The notes: generated by a model not told the origin, from the letters alone. A stretch of DNA of 64,000 bases from an uncultured Verrucomicrobiae bacterium (GCA_963699145.1 OY969416.1:5150456-5214455); one strand, 5' to 3'. Positions 9,061-18,557 are shown, numbered from the stretch's first letter. Translations and numbers: made by a program.

Positions 9061-9260
9061 TTTAGTGGCACGGGCGTCCCGCCCGTGCGAACCGAAAGAC
9101 ACAAGCATCTCAAAAACTACGCAAAAACTGGTGATTCGCTGAAGGTTTTACAATTGAACGGGACCGTTTGAATTGTTCCGAAGGAACGACTGACGCGGCT
9201 GTCTCACAACTTCTACCCACGTTTCGATCCGCACGGGCGAGACGCCCGTGCCACTAAAAC
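9061..9260. mobile_element. MITE-like element bounded by inverted GC-hairpin termini
   Basis: tttagtggcacgggcgtcccgcccgtgcgaaccgaaa (9061-9097) matches the reverse complement of cgtttcgatccgcacgggcgagacgcccgtgccactaaaac (9220-9260). Each terminus is itself a hairpin of the form gcacgggcg-nnn-cgcccgtgc. Confidence 0.55.
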
Positions 9261-10252
9261 CCGCCCACCGCCTCCGAAACCTTGTTGAAGTACGTGATCC
9301 AGAACCAAATTACAAACCCGCCGCCGCCAATCAGGATCAGCAGGTAAATGCTCAAGGGAACCCATCGTGACAGCGTGCGGACTCGCTGCCCGCCGTCTTC
9401 CTGGTAATAATCCCGCAACCGCTCCAGCGTCTCGTCCAACTTGCCGCTGACTTCGCCCGCGACGTATTGGCTCGTGAAAATGTCGGGAAACTTGCGCGTT
9501 TGCTGGAGCATTTCCGCCGGCGTTTTTCCCGCCCGCAAATTGGGGATCCACGAATCCACCGTCCTTTGCAGCGCCATCGAACCGCTGGCTCTGCCCGCCA
9601 GCACCCAGGCTTCAATAATACTCACGCCCGCACTGATCAGCGCCTCGAGCGCCGCGGATAATCGCGCCACCGCCAGATGCCTCCGCGCTTTGCCCACCAG
9701 CGGAATCATGCCGAGCAAAAATTCCACCTTCGCGCGCCACGCTTCGCTGTGTTTGTTTTGCGTGGAATAAATCAACCCAAATGTCACCACGTAAACCACC
9801 AGCAATCCCACTAATGGCAGCACGGCAATGACAAGTGGAAACCAGAAAAAGAGCACCAGCGCGGCAACGAACGCGAGCATATGCAGCAAAAACGCGGGAT
9901 ACGCCAGTCCGCCAATAACCCGCCGGGCCACCTTCGCGCGCTCAACATAATAATCCCCCAACATGCGGAAGCACCGATCGAGCCGCCCGCTTTGTTCCCC
10001 CGCCTCGATGAGCGTAATATCAAAATCCGGCAGCCAATCGGGAATTGCGCGCATCGATTCGCCGAGCGCCTGCCCCCGTTGAATCAACCCCAGCAAATGT
10101 CCGGTCGCAACGCGATAACGTCGCGACGGAGAATTTTTCTGGAGCTGATCGAGGGAGTGGACAATGCCCAGCCCGGCGGAAGTCAGTTGCTGGAGCTGAT
10201 GATAAAAATCCGCCCGGCGATTGAGTTCGCTGGGCGTGACGATGAAAGGCAT
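9254..10252 (-). CDS. type II secretion system F-family (GspF/PilC-like) inner-membrane protein
   Basis: 332 aa containing two T2SSF-like repeats (LIEAGEQSGRLDRCFRMLGDYY and YVAGEVSGKLDETLERLRDYY) with TM helices. Confidence 0.8.
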   Translation of the reverse strand: MPFIVTPSELNRRADFYHQLQQLTSAGLGIVHSLDQLQKNSPSRRYRVATGHLLGLIQRGQALGESMRAIPDWLPDFDITLIEAGEQSGRLDRCFRMLGDYYVERAKVARRVIGGLAYPAFLLHMLAFVAALVLFFWFPLVIAVLPLVGLLVVYVVTFGLIYSTQNKHSEAWRAKVEFLLGMIPLVGKARRHLAVARLSAALEALISAGVSIIEAWVLAGRASGSMALQRTVDSWIPNLRAGKTPAEMLQQTRKFPDIFTSQYVAGEVSGKLDETLERLRDYYQEDGGQRVRTLSRWVPLSIYLLILIGGGGFVIWFWITYFNKVSEAVGGF

Positions 10253-10274
10253 AACCCGTTTAGGGTCCGGAGCG

Positions 10275-10607
10275 CTAGACCGCCACGCGGTCGAAGCTGG
10301 CCTTCAGATCGCGCTTGCTGCGCAGGCCAACAATCTGGTCCGCCACCTGGCCCTTGTCGAAGAGCAGCAGCGTGGGAATCGCGCGAATGCCGTATTCGGA
10401 GGCGAGGCCTTGCTGCTCGTCAATGTTGACCTTGCCGATCTTCACGCGGCCCTCGTATTCATCAGCCAGTTCGCCGAGAATCGGCGTGATCGCCTTGCAC
10501 GGTCCACACCATTCGGCCCAAAAATCCACAAGCACCGGCGTCGTGGATTGCAACACTTCACTCGCAAAATTCTCCTGGGTCAAAACAACGATATTCGGCG
10601 ACGCCAT
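10275..10607 (-). CDS. trxA: thioredoxin
   Basis: 110 aa with VLVDFWAEWCGPCK (WCGPC active site). Confidence 0.92.
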   Translation of the reverse strand: MASPNIVVLTQENFASEVLQSTTPVLVDFWAEWCGPCKAITPILGELADEYEGRVKIGKVNIDEQQGLASEYGIRAIPTLLLFDKGQVADQIVGLRSKRDLKASFDRVAV

Positions 10608-10622
10608 AAAATCCTTTAATCC

Positions 10623-11066
10623 TTAAACCGTGTCCTTGAACAAAAACGCGAGGTAAACCGTCGTGCCGGCAGCAGCCAGCGCCGCGACCAAAGCCAGGAT
10701 GGCCAGAACTTTATCCACGGTGCCGATTGTCTGCGGCCGGGGAGCAACCGCGGGAGCGACCGGACGTTGCGCCGCCGACTGCGCGGGAACGGAGGTCGGA
10801 CGCTGCGTCGTCATCGGCGCCGGCGCAGCGGCGCGCGGAGCAGCCGGGGCGGCGGCGGGAGCGGCGGCGGCGGGTGGCGACATGGACGGCAAGCCGGTCG
10901 GTCCGCCGGGCGGCAACGTGGGCAACTTGATCGTCGGCGCCGCAGACGGCTTCGGCGGCAAATTGATGCGCACCGTTTCTTTTTTCGGCTGCACCTTGCC
11001 GGTGGACTTCTTCATCGGCTCCGCACCCTGCGGTGCGCCTGGAATATTCGAGGGAATTTCGGCCAT
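10623..11066 (-). CDS. Pro/Ala-rich tail-anchored membrane protein, unknown function
   Basis: 147 aa of low-complexity P/A-rich sequence ending in the single C-terminal TM VLAILALVAALAAAGTTVYLAFLF. It is 16 nt upstream of trxA on the same strand. Confidence 0.5.
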   Translation of the reverse strand: MAEIPSNIPGAPQGAEPMKKSTGKVQPKKETVRINLPPKPSAAPTIKLPTLPPGGPTGLPSMSPPAAAAPAAAPAAPRAAAPAPMTTQRPTSVPAQSAAQRPVAPAVAPRPQTIGTVDKVLAILALVAALAAAGTTVYLAFLFKDTV

Positions 11067-11270
11067 AGCTTTGCTTCAAGATAATTTGGCGTTAAGCACT
11101 GTCAAACTCTTAATCAATAAAACAAGAACCCGCCCTCAAAATTTTCCACCAGATTCTTACCTAATGGTTATCCCCATTTTCTGGCATTTTCAAATCCTCG
11201 TATGCATTGTTATACAATCGTTGTCGTAAATCTCACGGCCACTTTATACCGCGCGAAGCGCGCATTCTGA

Positions 11271-11398
11271 CAACACCAAAGGTGTTGAAGCATCTAGCCC
11301 AGGGTTGCCCGAGTCTGCGAGGACTACCCTGGGTAACGAGCAGCCCTTTAAACCCATCCATTTCGAGCGTAGCGAGGCGAGCGCAGCGAGCATCTCGG
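11271..11398. repeat. structured ~128-nt intergenic repeat, copy 1
   Basis: Aligns along its whole length, in the same orientation, with 12751-12875. Contains the stems caacacc/ggtgttg and cccaggg/ccctggg. Confidence 0.7.
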
Positions 11399-11455
11399 TT
11401 GCCGCGGAATTAAAACCATAGATCTCTTTTTTGTAAGTACCATGGATCGCGAGGA

Positions 11456-11503
11456 ACAAAAAAACAAAGCCGGACCGGCAGGCAATTTGCCCGCAAGTCC
11501 GGC
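11456..11503 (-). terminator. rho-independent terminator downstream of the RRM protein gene
   Basis: On the minus strand, stem gccggac...gtccggc (11469-11503) is followed by tttgttttttt. Confidence 0.6.
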
Positions 11504-11522
11504 CAAAACACTTCCGCCCGGA

Positions 11523-11855
11523 TTAACGGCGCTCGCGGCGCTCGTATCCCCCGCCATCGCGGCCACCGCCGCCCCCGCTCCAGCGCTGTTGCGGAGCGCG
11601 TTCCTCGCGCGGACGCGCGATATTCACCGTCAAGGCCCGGCCTTGAAAGTCCTTATTGTGGAATTGCTCGATGGCTTTGTTCGCATCCTCCGAGTTGGCG
11701 AACTCAATGAAAGCAAAGCCGCGGGATTTGCCGGTCATTTTGTCCATCATGAGATTGACCGAATTGACAGCGCCAGCCTGGGCAAAATAATCCTGAAGAT
11801 CATTTTCCATGGTCTGGTAGGACAAGTTGCCTACGAAGAGCCGGGTGGGATTCAT
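11523..11855 (-). CDS. RRM-type RNA-binding protein with Arg/Gly-rich tail
   Basis: LFVGNLSY (RNP2) and SRGFAFIEF (RNP1), with the C-terminal tail GGGGGRDGGGYERRERR. Confidence 0.88.
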   Translation of the reverse strand: MNPTRLFVGNLSYQTMENDLQDYFAQAGAVNSVNLMMDKMTGKSRGFAFIEFANSEDANKAIEQFHNKDFQGRALTVNIARPREERAPQQRWSGGGGGRDGGGYERRERR

Positions 11856-12191
11856 AATAGAAGTCTCGTTAAAAAAACCGCGTGGAGGACTGCATCGGCA
11901 GGATCACTGAATGTCGTTTAAGGTTTACTGACAGTCTGTCTTCGGACACCAGCACTGTTTGTTCAACTGAGTGCCGCTATTTGTAACAAACCCATAACGC
12001 CCGTCAATACCGTTCCATTACGGAGTTTTGCGGATGCTGCCAGGAGCGCGGCGTTCACGCCGCTTCAATTCTCACAATGAATAAACTTCAAAATCTCCCG
12101 AAGTCTCCAACGATCCTCGCCGCGTGACCCTCTCATTAACACCCTGCTTTAGCTGGGTGTTTGCAAACGTTAGAGAACGTCTTCAACCGCT

Positions 12192-12668
12192 TCAGCGGTT
12201 TTCCGCGTCGAGATGCGAGCCCCCCTGCCGCCGCACGTGCTCGAAAAATTCCTCCGCCACGATATAACCCACACACGCCTTCGCCCCACAACGACACGGA
12301 TGCTCGCGATAATCAATCAGGTCGTAACTATAATTAAACGTCAACTCCTCCCCCGCCCTCACATCGCGAATCGCAACGATCCAAATGCGCCCCTCCAGAA
12401 ACTGCGCCTCGCAATTCGGCTCGCAACTGTGATTCAAAAATCGCGCCGGATTCCAATCCACATTGCCGTCCAAATCATGCTCCTCATCAATCGCAAAAAT
12501 ATATTCATTGCTCCGCTCACACCGCGCGAGTGATTCCTGTTTCGAAATAATATCACCCACATACTCAATCACGCGCGCACCGGATGGAATATCAGCGCGC
12601 GCAAACCCGCCCGTACCGTGAATCGGCGAGGATTTGAAGAGCAGAAATTCGGCTTTAGCAAAATTCAT
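12192..12668 (-). CDS. SET-domain protein (putative protein lysine methyltransferase)
   Basis: 158 aa with FLNHSCEPNCEAQ, GEELTFNYSYD and a post-SET-like Cys cluster CRCGAKACVGY. Confidence 0.8.
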   Translation of the reverse strand: MNFAKAEFLLFKSSPIHGTGGFARADIPSGARVIEYVGDIISKQESLARCERSNEYIFAIDEEHDLDGNVDWNPARFLNHSCEPNCEAQFLEGRIWIVAIRDVRAGEELTFNYSYDLIDYREHPCRCGAKACVGYIVAEEFFEHVRRQGGSHLDAENR

Positions 12669-12750
12669 CTCAAGTTCTAGCGCGGAGTCAGGCTAGTGCT
12701 ACGCACGACCTCAGTTACAAGATTCTCTTCCGCGTAGCGCGGCATATTGG

Positions 12751-12875
12751 CAACACCAAAGGTGTTGAAGCCTCCAGCCCGGGGTTGCCCGATTCTTAGA
12801 GGGCTACCCCGGGTAAAAAGTCCCCTCAACCCATCATTTTCGCGCGGAGCGCGGCGAGCGAAGCGAGTATCTCGG
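12751..12875. repeat. structured intergenic repeat, copy 2
   Basis: Homologous to 11271-11398. The second stem here is cccgggg/ccccggg, a compensatory change relative to copy 1. Confidence 0.7.
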
Positions 12876-12923
12876 ATGCATCGCACGGATCGATAATCGG
12901 CATTATCTCCCAGCCCTGGCATA

Positions 12924-13679
12924 TCACTGCGCTGCGCCCGAAGACGGGCGTACCCCGCCATTCAAATCGGGCGCTTGGAACCCATACCTCCGGCAAAACT
13001 CCTCGATCGGCGCGCGAATCTTCACTGGCCGCTTCGTAAACGGGTCCTGATACGCCAACCCAATCGCCCGCAGCCCCAATTCCTTCCGCGCCGGCGAACC
13101 ATACATTTCATCACCCACGATCGGATGCCCCGACTCCGCTAAATGCACACGAATCTGATGCGTCCGCCCCGTGTAAGGCCGCGCTTCAATCAGGGCCGCA
13201 TTGCCCACCACCTGCAACACGCGAAAAGTCGTCTCCGCCTCCTTGCCCTCGTGCGGGTCCACTCGCATTTTTCCCAGTTGATCCAAATCCGGCCCGAGCT
13301 TTAACCGGCAAACCCACTCGTTTTCTTTCGGCGCGCCATGCGCGACCGCCAGATACGTCTTCTCCATTTTTCGGCCCTCGAACATATCGCCGAACGTGTT
13401 CACCGCGCCGTTGCTCTTGGCGAACAATAAAATTCCCGTCGTGTCGCCATCCAGCCGGTGCACGAACCGCAGAAATTTCAAATTACGCGACCGCGCCCAA
13501 AAATCCTTCGCCGCGATGGACGACGTAATCGCCATTTGCAAATTGCGATTCGTCTTTTGCCACGAAGCCGGCACGAGCATCCACCCACGCGGCTTGTCGA
13601 TCGCCAGCACCGAGCGATCCTCGTAAAGAATGGAAATCTTCTCCCCCGTCGGCAATTCAATGTAATCCGTTTTCGGCAT
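12924..13679 (-). CDS. RluA-family pseudouridine synthase
   Basis: 251 aa with VHRLDGDTTGILLFAK (catalytic Asp motif) and GRTHQIRVHL. Confidence 0.88.
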   Translation of the reverse strand: MPKTDYIELPTGEKISILYEDRSVLAIDKPRGWMLVPASWQKTNRNLQMAITSSIAAKDFWARSRNLKFLRFVHRLDGDTTGILLFAKSNGAVNTFGDMFEGRKMEKTYLAVAHGAPKENEWVCRLKLGPDLDQLGKMRVDPHEGKEAETTFRVLQVVGNAALIEARPYTGRTHQIRVHLAESGHPIVGDEMYGSPARKELGLRAIGLAYQDPFTKRPVKIRAPIEEFCRRYGFQAPDLNGGVRPSSGAAQ

Positions 13680-13749
13680 GTCGATTTACGATATACGATT
13701 TACGATTGACGAGCCTCAACAAATTTCGACACGTAGATATCTCATGCCC

Positions 13750-14027
13750 AAAGCGGCAGAGGGCTCTGAGCATTACCCACATCATGTTCAATCTTTTCAG
13801 GAATCCCAAAGGGATTCAGTCAATCAGCCCAGGGTTGCCGAGTCTGCGAGGCTACCCTGGGAGGTGGCTCGTAAAACCGTATTCAACCCTGAAGGGGTTG
13901 CATCGAAAGCCTTTCGCGCCGCAACCCGGGTGGGGTTGGTGGGCTTTTTGCCGCCAACTGCGGAATCCCTTTGGGATTCAATAATGAAGTTGAGATGTGA
14001 GTAATGCTCAGAGCCCTCTGCCGCTTT
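13750..14027. mobile_element. ~280-bp nested-palindrome (MITE-like) element
   Basis: The outer 34-nt arms (13750-13783 and 13994-14027) are reverse complements with one mismatch. Inner complementary hairpins are gaatcccaaagggattc (13801-13817) and gaatccctttgggattc (13963-13979). The centre carries the cagcccagggttgcc...ccctggg module. Confidence 0.65.
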
Positions 14028-14167
14028 TCGCGATATTCCAGCCGCCCAATTACCGCGCCGCTTCGCCTTCCGCTGGATTTGGCTTCAGGCAATCGAACAT
14101 CGGAGAGCGCGACACAATTTGAAATTTCAAATGTTAAATGAGTCATTTGCAATGCCCCGCCCGCCAG

Positions 14168-15553
14168 CTACGGAATGACTTCCTTCCCCTGCTCCCCCCT
14201 TACCGCCTCAATCTCCCCAATCAACTCCGCCCGCATCGCCAGTAATCGTTTCGCCGCCAGCGGCGCGCGCAACAACACCATCGTCGTCCGCACCGCCGCC
14301 CACAGCCGCCGCACCTCGCGCAAATAATAATGCGCCAGAATTCCCGTCACCGGCAACGACAGCGCATACCACAAACTCGCCGGCCAGCCGAAAATCCATT
14401 GGAATATCGCGATATAAATCCCGTAACAAACCCCAAACCCCACCGCTCCCGCCGCAATCGCCGTCGTCGACGCCTGCGCCTTGCGTTTTCCCTCCATCGT
14501 AAACTTGTGCGCCGACCATTTGACCAACGCAAACGGAATCAACCGATGCAGCCACCCATACAGCGCAATCGGCGCCCCGACGATGGCAATAAACGCCCAT
14601 TCCGCCGTTTGACCCGCCAGCCTTTTCGTCTGCGGAAATATTTCGAGCGCGTCGTTGGAAATGCTCAACCGCGCCAGCCAGCGTTCGTAGAAATTCAGCT
14701 TCGCCGCGAATGCCGCCGCGCGTTCCGGTTGCGTGCGATACACGCGATCCACCGCTTCGGCAACCTGCTGCGCCAGCATCAATCCCCTCGCCTGCTTCGC
14801 CGCCGGATCAATCGCGATGCGATCTCCCAGCAGCAATTCATCGAAATAAAGCCGCTTCACGCCCTCCACCACTCGCGTCTCCTCCAGCTTCGGAATGTGT
14901 ACAATCAGCGATTGAATCCGCCGCTCGATTTCCTCCGTCAGCCGCACGATGCACTCCTTGCGTCGCTCGCCGTAACCCTCGAGAAATTCCGCCGCCAGAA
15001 TCGGCTCGCCAAAATTCGCCAGCACATAGCTGCGATAAATTTCCTTCGCGGAATACGTCAACCCCACCGGCGCCACGCGCAAACCCAGCTTCCCGCCATG
15101 CCGATTTTCCAATTCCAACGCCATGCGCGCCGCGCCGGATTTCACCTCCTTCAACGCCGAATCATCGTATGTGATGCCCTCCGGAAAAATCCCCACAGCC
15201 TCGCCGCGTTCCAGCACCGCGTAAACGGCCTCAAACGTATCCGCCACACTGCGCATCGCCTTCGGATTATCCTTCACGCGATTGATCGGAATCACGCCGC
15301 ACTGCCTCAGCAGCCATTTCACCGGCTTGAATTGAAACAGTTGCACGGTCCCGATGAAATTCACCTTGCGCGGCACCGAACTCCCGATCACAAACGAATC
15401 CGTCAACGAATTGGGATGATTGGAAACGAACAACACCGGCCCGCTCACCGGCACGCGCTCAACGTGAAACCGCTCGATGCGCCGAAAATAAAACCCGAGC
15501 GCTACCCCGATCACCCGGCGCATGACCCCATAAAGTCCAGTGTGGTTGCTCAA
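14168..15553 (-). CDS. lysophospholipid/glycerol-phosphate acyltransferase family protein with C-terminal membrane domain
   Basis: 461 aa with an N-terminal acyltransferase region (FVSNHPNSLTDS, GIFPEGITYDD) followed by several hydrophobic helices. Confidence 0.75.
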   Translation of the reverse strand: MSNHTGLYGVMRRVIGVALGFYFRRIERFHVERVPVSGPVLFVSNHPNSLTDSFVIGSSVPRKVNFIGTVQLFQFKPVKWLLRQCGVIPINRVKDNPKAMRSVADTFEAVYAVLERGEAVGIFPEGITYDDSALKEVKSGAARMALELENRHGGKLGLRVAPVGLTYSAKEIYRSYVLANFGEPILAAEFLEGYGERRKECIVRLTEEIERRIQSLIVHIPKLEETRVVEGVKRLYFDELLLGDRIAIDPAAKQARGLMLAQQVAEAVDRVYRTQPERAAAFAAKLNFYERWLARLSISNDALEIFPQTKRLAGQTAEWAFIAIVGAPIALYGWLHRLIPFALVKWSAHKFTMEGKRKAQASTTAIAAGAVGFGVCYGIYIAIFQWIFGWPASLWYALSLPVTGILAHYYLREVRRLWAAVRTTMVLLRAPLAAKRLLAMRAELIGEIEAVRGEQGKEVIP

Positions 15554-16055
15554 TTTAAGTTGGCGGTAACGAGGAAACAGCTCTCAACGAAGGGTTACCC
15601 GTAACCACCAGAAATGCAATTCAAACCCAGCCAACTTTGTAGTGCGGCCGCAAAGTGCAGCGACGATGGCGCTTTCGAACTTTAGAACCAGCCAGCCGCT
15701 CCGTGCCTTGACACCCATGATATAACGAGCCCGCAAAGGAGACAAAAAGGGAAGGGACTAAATGGAAAACAGTTACCGATCATTCCTCGTAGCGCGGGCT
15801 GACAGCTTGCTGTATCGCCGACTGGCAGTCGGCAAGCGTCAAAACCGCCTGCCACGCATGAATTCATTTTCACCGCCCCAAAACCCGACGCCATCACGCC
15901 TCTCGCGCACGATCGAGGTCCCGTCGTGCAATCGCAAGCTACTGCCTATCAACGTCCGTCGTGCCCGATCGTGCCAGATCGTAGTTCGGCACCCCCTCCA
16001 ATTATCCTCCGCAAAATGCTTTGAGCGCCACGCCATTTGCCGGTATCTCATATCT

Positions 16056-18464
16056 ATGTTCGCACGCCATTGCTTCGCCGCCGCGCTCCTCGCCTCGCTT
16101 CCCATCCTCGTCGCCCACGCGGCAGAACCGAAAACCGTGGCCATTTCACCACAAACTCCGGCCAAACTCTATCCACTGTCCGCCGTCCGCCTGCTCGAAA
16201 GCCCGTTCACCAAGGCCGCGGATGCCGACCGCAAATACATGCTAGCCCTCGACCCCGATCGTTTGCTCGCGCCCTTCCGGACGGAAGCCGGGTTGCAGCC
16301 AAAAAAGCCGCACTACGGCAATTGGGAAGGCGAAGGCCTCGGCGGCCAGACTGCCGGACACTATCTCTCCGCACTCTCGGACATGATCGCCGCCGGCCAC
16401 GACAAAAACGGCGAACTGCACCGCCGCTTGGATTACATGATCGACGAGTTGGAAATTTGCCAGCGCACCAACGGCGACGGCTACGTCGGCGGCGTGCCGG
16501 ACAGTCACGCGTTCTGGAAACAAATTTCCGAGGGCCACATCGAGGCATTCCGCGGCAAATGGGTGCCGTGGTATAACCTGCACAAAACCTTCGCCGGCCT
16601 GCGCGACGCCTACCTCGTCGCCGGAAACGAAAAGGCGCGCAATATCCTCATCGCTCTCGGCGATTGGTGCGATCACATCACGGCCGGTTTGTCCGACACC
16701 CAGATGCAGCAGATGCTCGGCACCGAGCAAGGCGGCATGAACGAAGTGCTCGCGGACATTTATTCCATCACCGGCGACGAAAAATATCTCAAGCTCTCGC
16801 GCCGTTTCTGCCACCAGGCGGTTCTCGGCCCGCTTGAGCACCAGGAAGATCATCTCACCGGCCTGCACGCAAACACGCAGATTCCCAAAGTCATCGGCCT
16901 CGAACGCATCGCGACGTTGACCGGCGATAAGGAAGCGGACACCGGCGCGCGCTATTTTTGGGCGAACGTCACCGGCCATCGCACCGTCGCCTTCGGCGGC
17001 AATAGCGTGTCCGAACATTTCAATCCCACCAACAATTTCCAGGGCATGCTGCAGAGCCGCGAAGGTCCGGAAACGTGCAACACTTACAACATGCTGCGCC
17101 TGACCGAGCAACTCTTCGCCAGCCAGCCCCGCGCCGCCTACGCGGATTATTACGAACGCGCTCTCTACAATCACATCCTCGCGTCCATCGATCCCGACAC
17201 GCCCGGCTTCGTCTATTTCACTCCCATCCGGCCCGAGCATTACCGCGTTTATTCCCAACCCACTGAATGCTTCTGGTGCTGCGTCGGCACCGGCATGGAA
17301 AACCCCGGCCGCTACGGGCAATTCATCTACGGCCAGGCCGGCGACGGCGTTTACGTGAACCTGTTCATCGCTTCCGAACTCACCGACACCAATCTCGGTC
17401 TCACACTCCGCCAGGAAACGAAGTTCCCCGACGAAGAAAGCACGCGCCTGGTGTTGCGTCTCAAAAAATCCGCCACGTTCACTCTCCACCTCCGCCATCC
17501 CGACTGGGTGGCAGCGAGCGAATTTTTTGTGCGCGTGAATGGCAAAGCCGTTGAGTCGACTTCCGCCCCCTCCTCCTACCTCGATTTGAATCGCGAATGG
17601 AACAATCGCGACACCGTGGAAATCGATTTGCCGATGCACACCACCGTGGAGCGCTTGCCGGACGGTTCGGATTGGGTGGCGATTTTGCGCGGCCCGATCG
17701 TGCTCGCCTCGCCCAACGGCACGAACGACATGCGCGGTTTTCGCGCCGACGATGGCCGCATGGCTCACGTCGCCAGCGGCGCGATGGTTCCGCTGGATCA
17801 AGTGCCGGTGTTGCTCGCCAGCGCTGGCGATCTGCCCTCTCACATTGTGCCCGCCGCGAAAAAGAGCGGACCCATGGAGTTCAAAATTATGGACGTCGCT
17901 GACCCAGCGGCGAAGGATGGCATCACGCTATTGCCATTTTTTCGGCTGGAGGATCAACGGTATCAAATGTATTGGCAACTGACGACCAAGGCGGACCTCG
18001 ACGCCCGCAGCGATAAACTCGCCTCCGAAGAACGCCACCGCGCTGCGCGCGAAGCCGCGACCCTGGATTCCGTCGCCATCGGCGAGCAACAATCCGAAGT
18101 GGAACACGACTTAAGCGGCAACGATACGAAAACCGGCCTCGCCATGGATCGCCGCTGGCGCGACGGCCAATCCTTCCAATATACCCTCGCCACCCACGGC
18201 GAAAAAGCTGCGGAACTGGCGATCACTTATTTTGGATCGGACAGCGGCCGCACCTTTGACATCCTCGTCAACGGCATCGTCATCGCCACCGAAACCCTCA
18301 AGGGAGAAAAGCCGGATGAATTTTTTGAAAGAACCTATCCCATCGCCGGCCAGGCCATGGCCAAAGCCGCCAACGGCCGCATCACCGTCAAATTCGTCAG
18401 CAAAGAAAACGTCGCCGGCGGAATCTACGGCCTGCGCCTTATGCGCGCCGACGCGGCGCAATAA
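16056..18464 (+). CDS. glycoside hydrolase family 127 (DUF1680, beta-L-arabinofuranosidase-like) with C-terminal extra domain
   Basis: The ATG at 16056 gives signal peptide MFARHCFAAALLASLPILVAHA. HANTQIPKVIG, ETCNTYNMLRL and CFWCCVGTGMENPGRYG match the Cys-rich GH127 catalytic region. The track start at 15762 is an unsupported upstream extension. Confidence 0.8.
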   Translation: MFARHCFAAALLASLPILVAHAAEPKTVAISPQTPAKLYPLSAVRLLESPFTKAADADRKYMLALDPDRLLAPFRTEAGLQPKKPHYGNWEGEGLGGQTAGHYLSALSDMIAAGHDKNGELHRRLDYMIDELEICQRTNGDGYVGGVPDSHAFWKQISEGHIEAFRGKWVPWYNLHKTFAGLRDAYLVAGNEKARNILIALGDWCDHITAGLSDTQMQQMLGTEQGGMNEVLADIYSITGDEKYLKLSRRFCHQAVLGPLEHQEDHLTGLHANTQIPKVIGLERIATLTGDKEADTGARYFWANVTGHRTVAFGGNSVSEHFNPTNNFQGMLQSREGPETCNTYNMLRLTEQLFASQPRAAYADYYERALYNHILASIDPDTPGFVYFTPIRPEHYRVYSQPTECFWCCVGTGMENPGRYGQFIYGQAGDGVYVNLFIASELTDTNLGLTLRQETKFPDEESTRLVLRLKKSATFTLHLRHPDWVAASEFFVRVNGKAVESTSAPSSYLDLNREWNNRDTVEIDLPMHTTVERLPDGSDWVAILRGPIVLASPNGTNDMRGFRADDGRMAHVASGAMVPLDQVPVLLASAGDLPSHIVPAAKKSGPMEFKIMDVADPAAKDGITLLPFFRLEDQRYQMYWQLTTKADLDARSDKLASEERHRAAREAATLDSVAIGEQQSEVEHDLSGNDTKTGLAMDRRWRDGQSFQYTLATHGEKAAELAITYFGSDSGRTFDILVNGIVIATETLKGEKPDEFFERTYPIAGQAMAKAANGRITVKFVSKENVAGGIYGLRLMRADAAQ

Positions 18465-18557
18465 ATTTTATTTGTAGCCGCCGACGTCAGTCGGCGCACT
18501 TTTATGACTCCCAGGAGAAATTTGACGAGCGCGGACCCCACGTCCGCGACTTCGAGT

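Noticed and set aside
11442-11921. 159-aa plus-strand ORF opposite the RRM protein gene.
   Set aside because: It is antisense to a gene with clear RNP1 and RNP2 motifs. It starts inside a terminator hairpin and has no motifs.
15762-16055. N-terminal 98-aa extension of the GH127 ORF.
   Set aside because: The extension runs through REP-like intergenic repeats (gccgactggcagtcggc and others). The internal ATG at 16056 gives a proper signal peptide.
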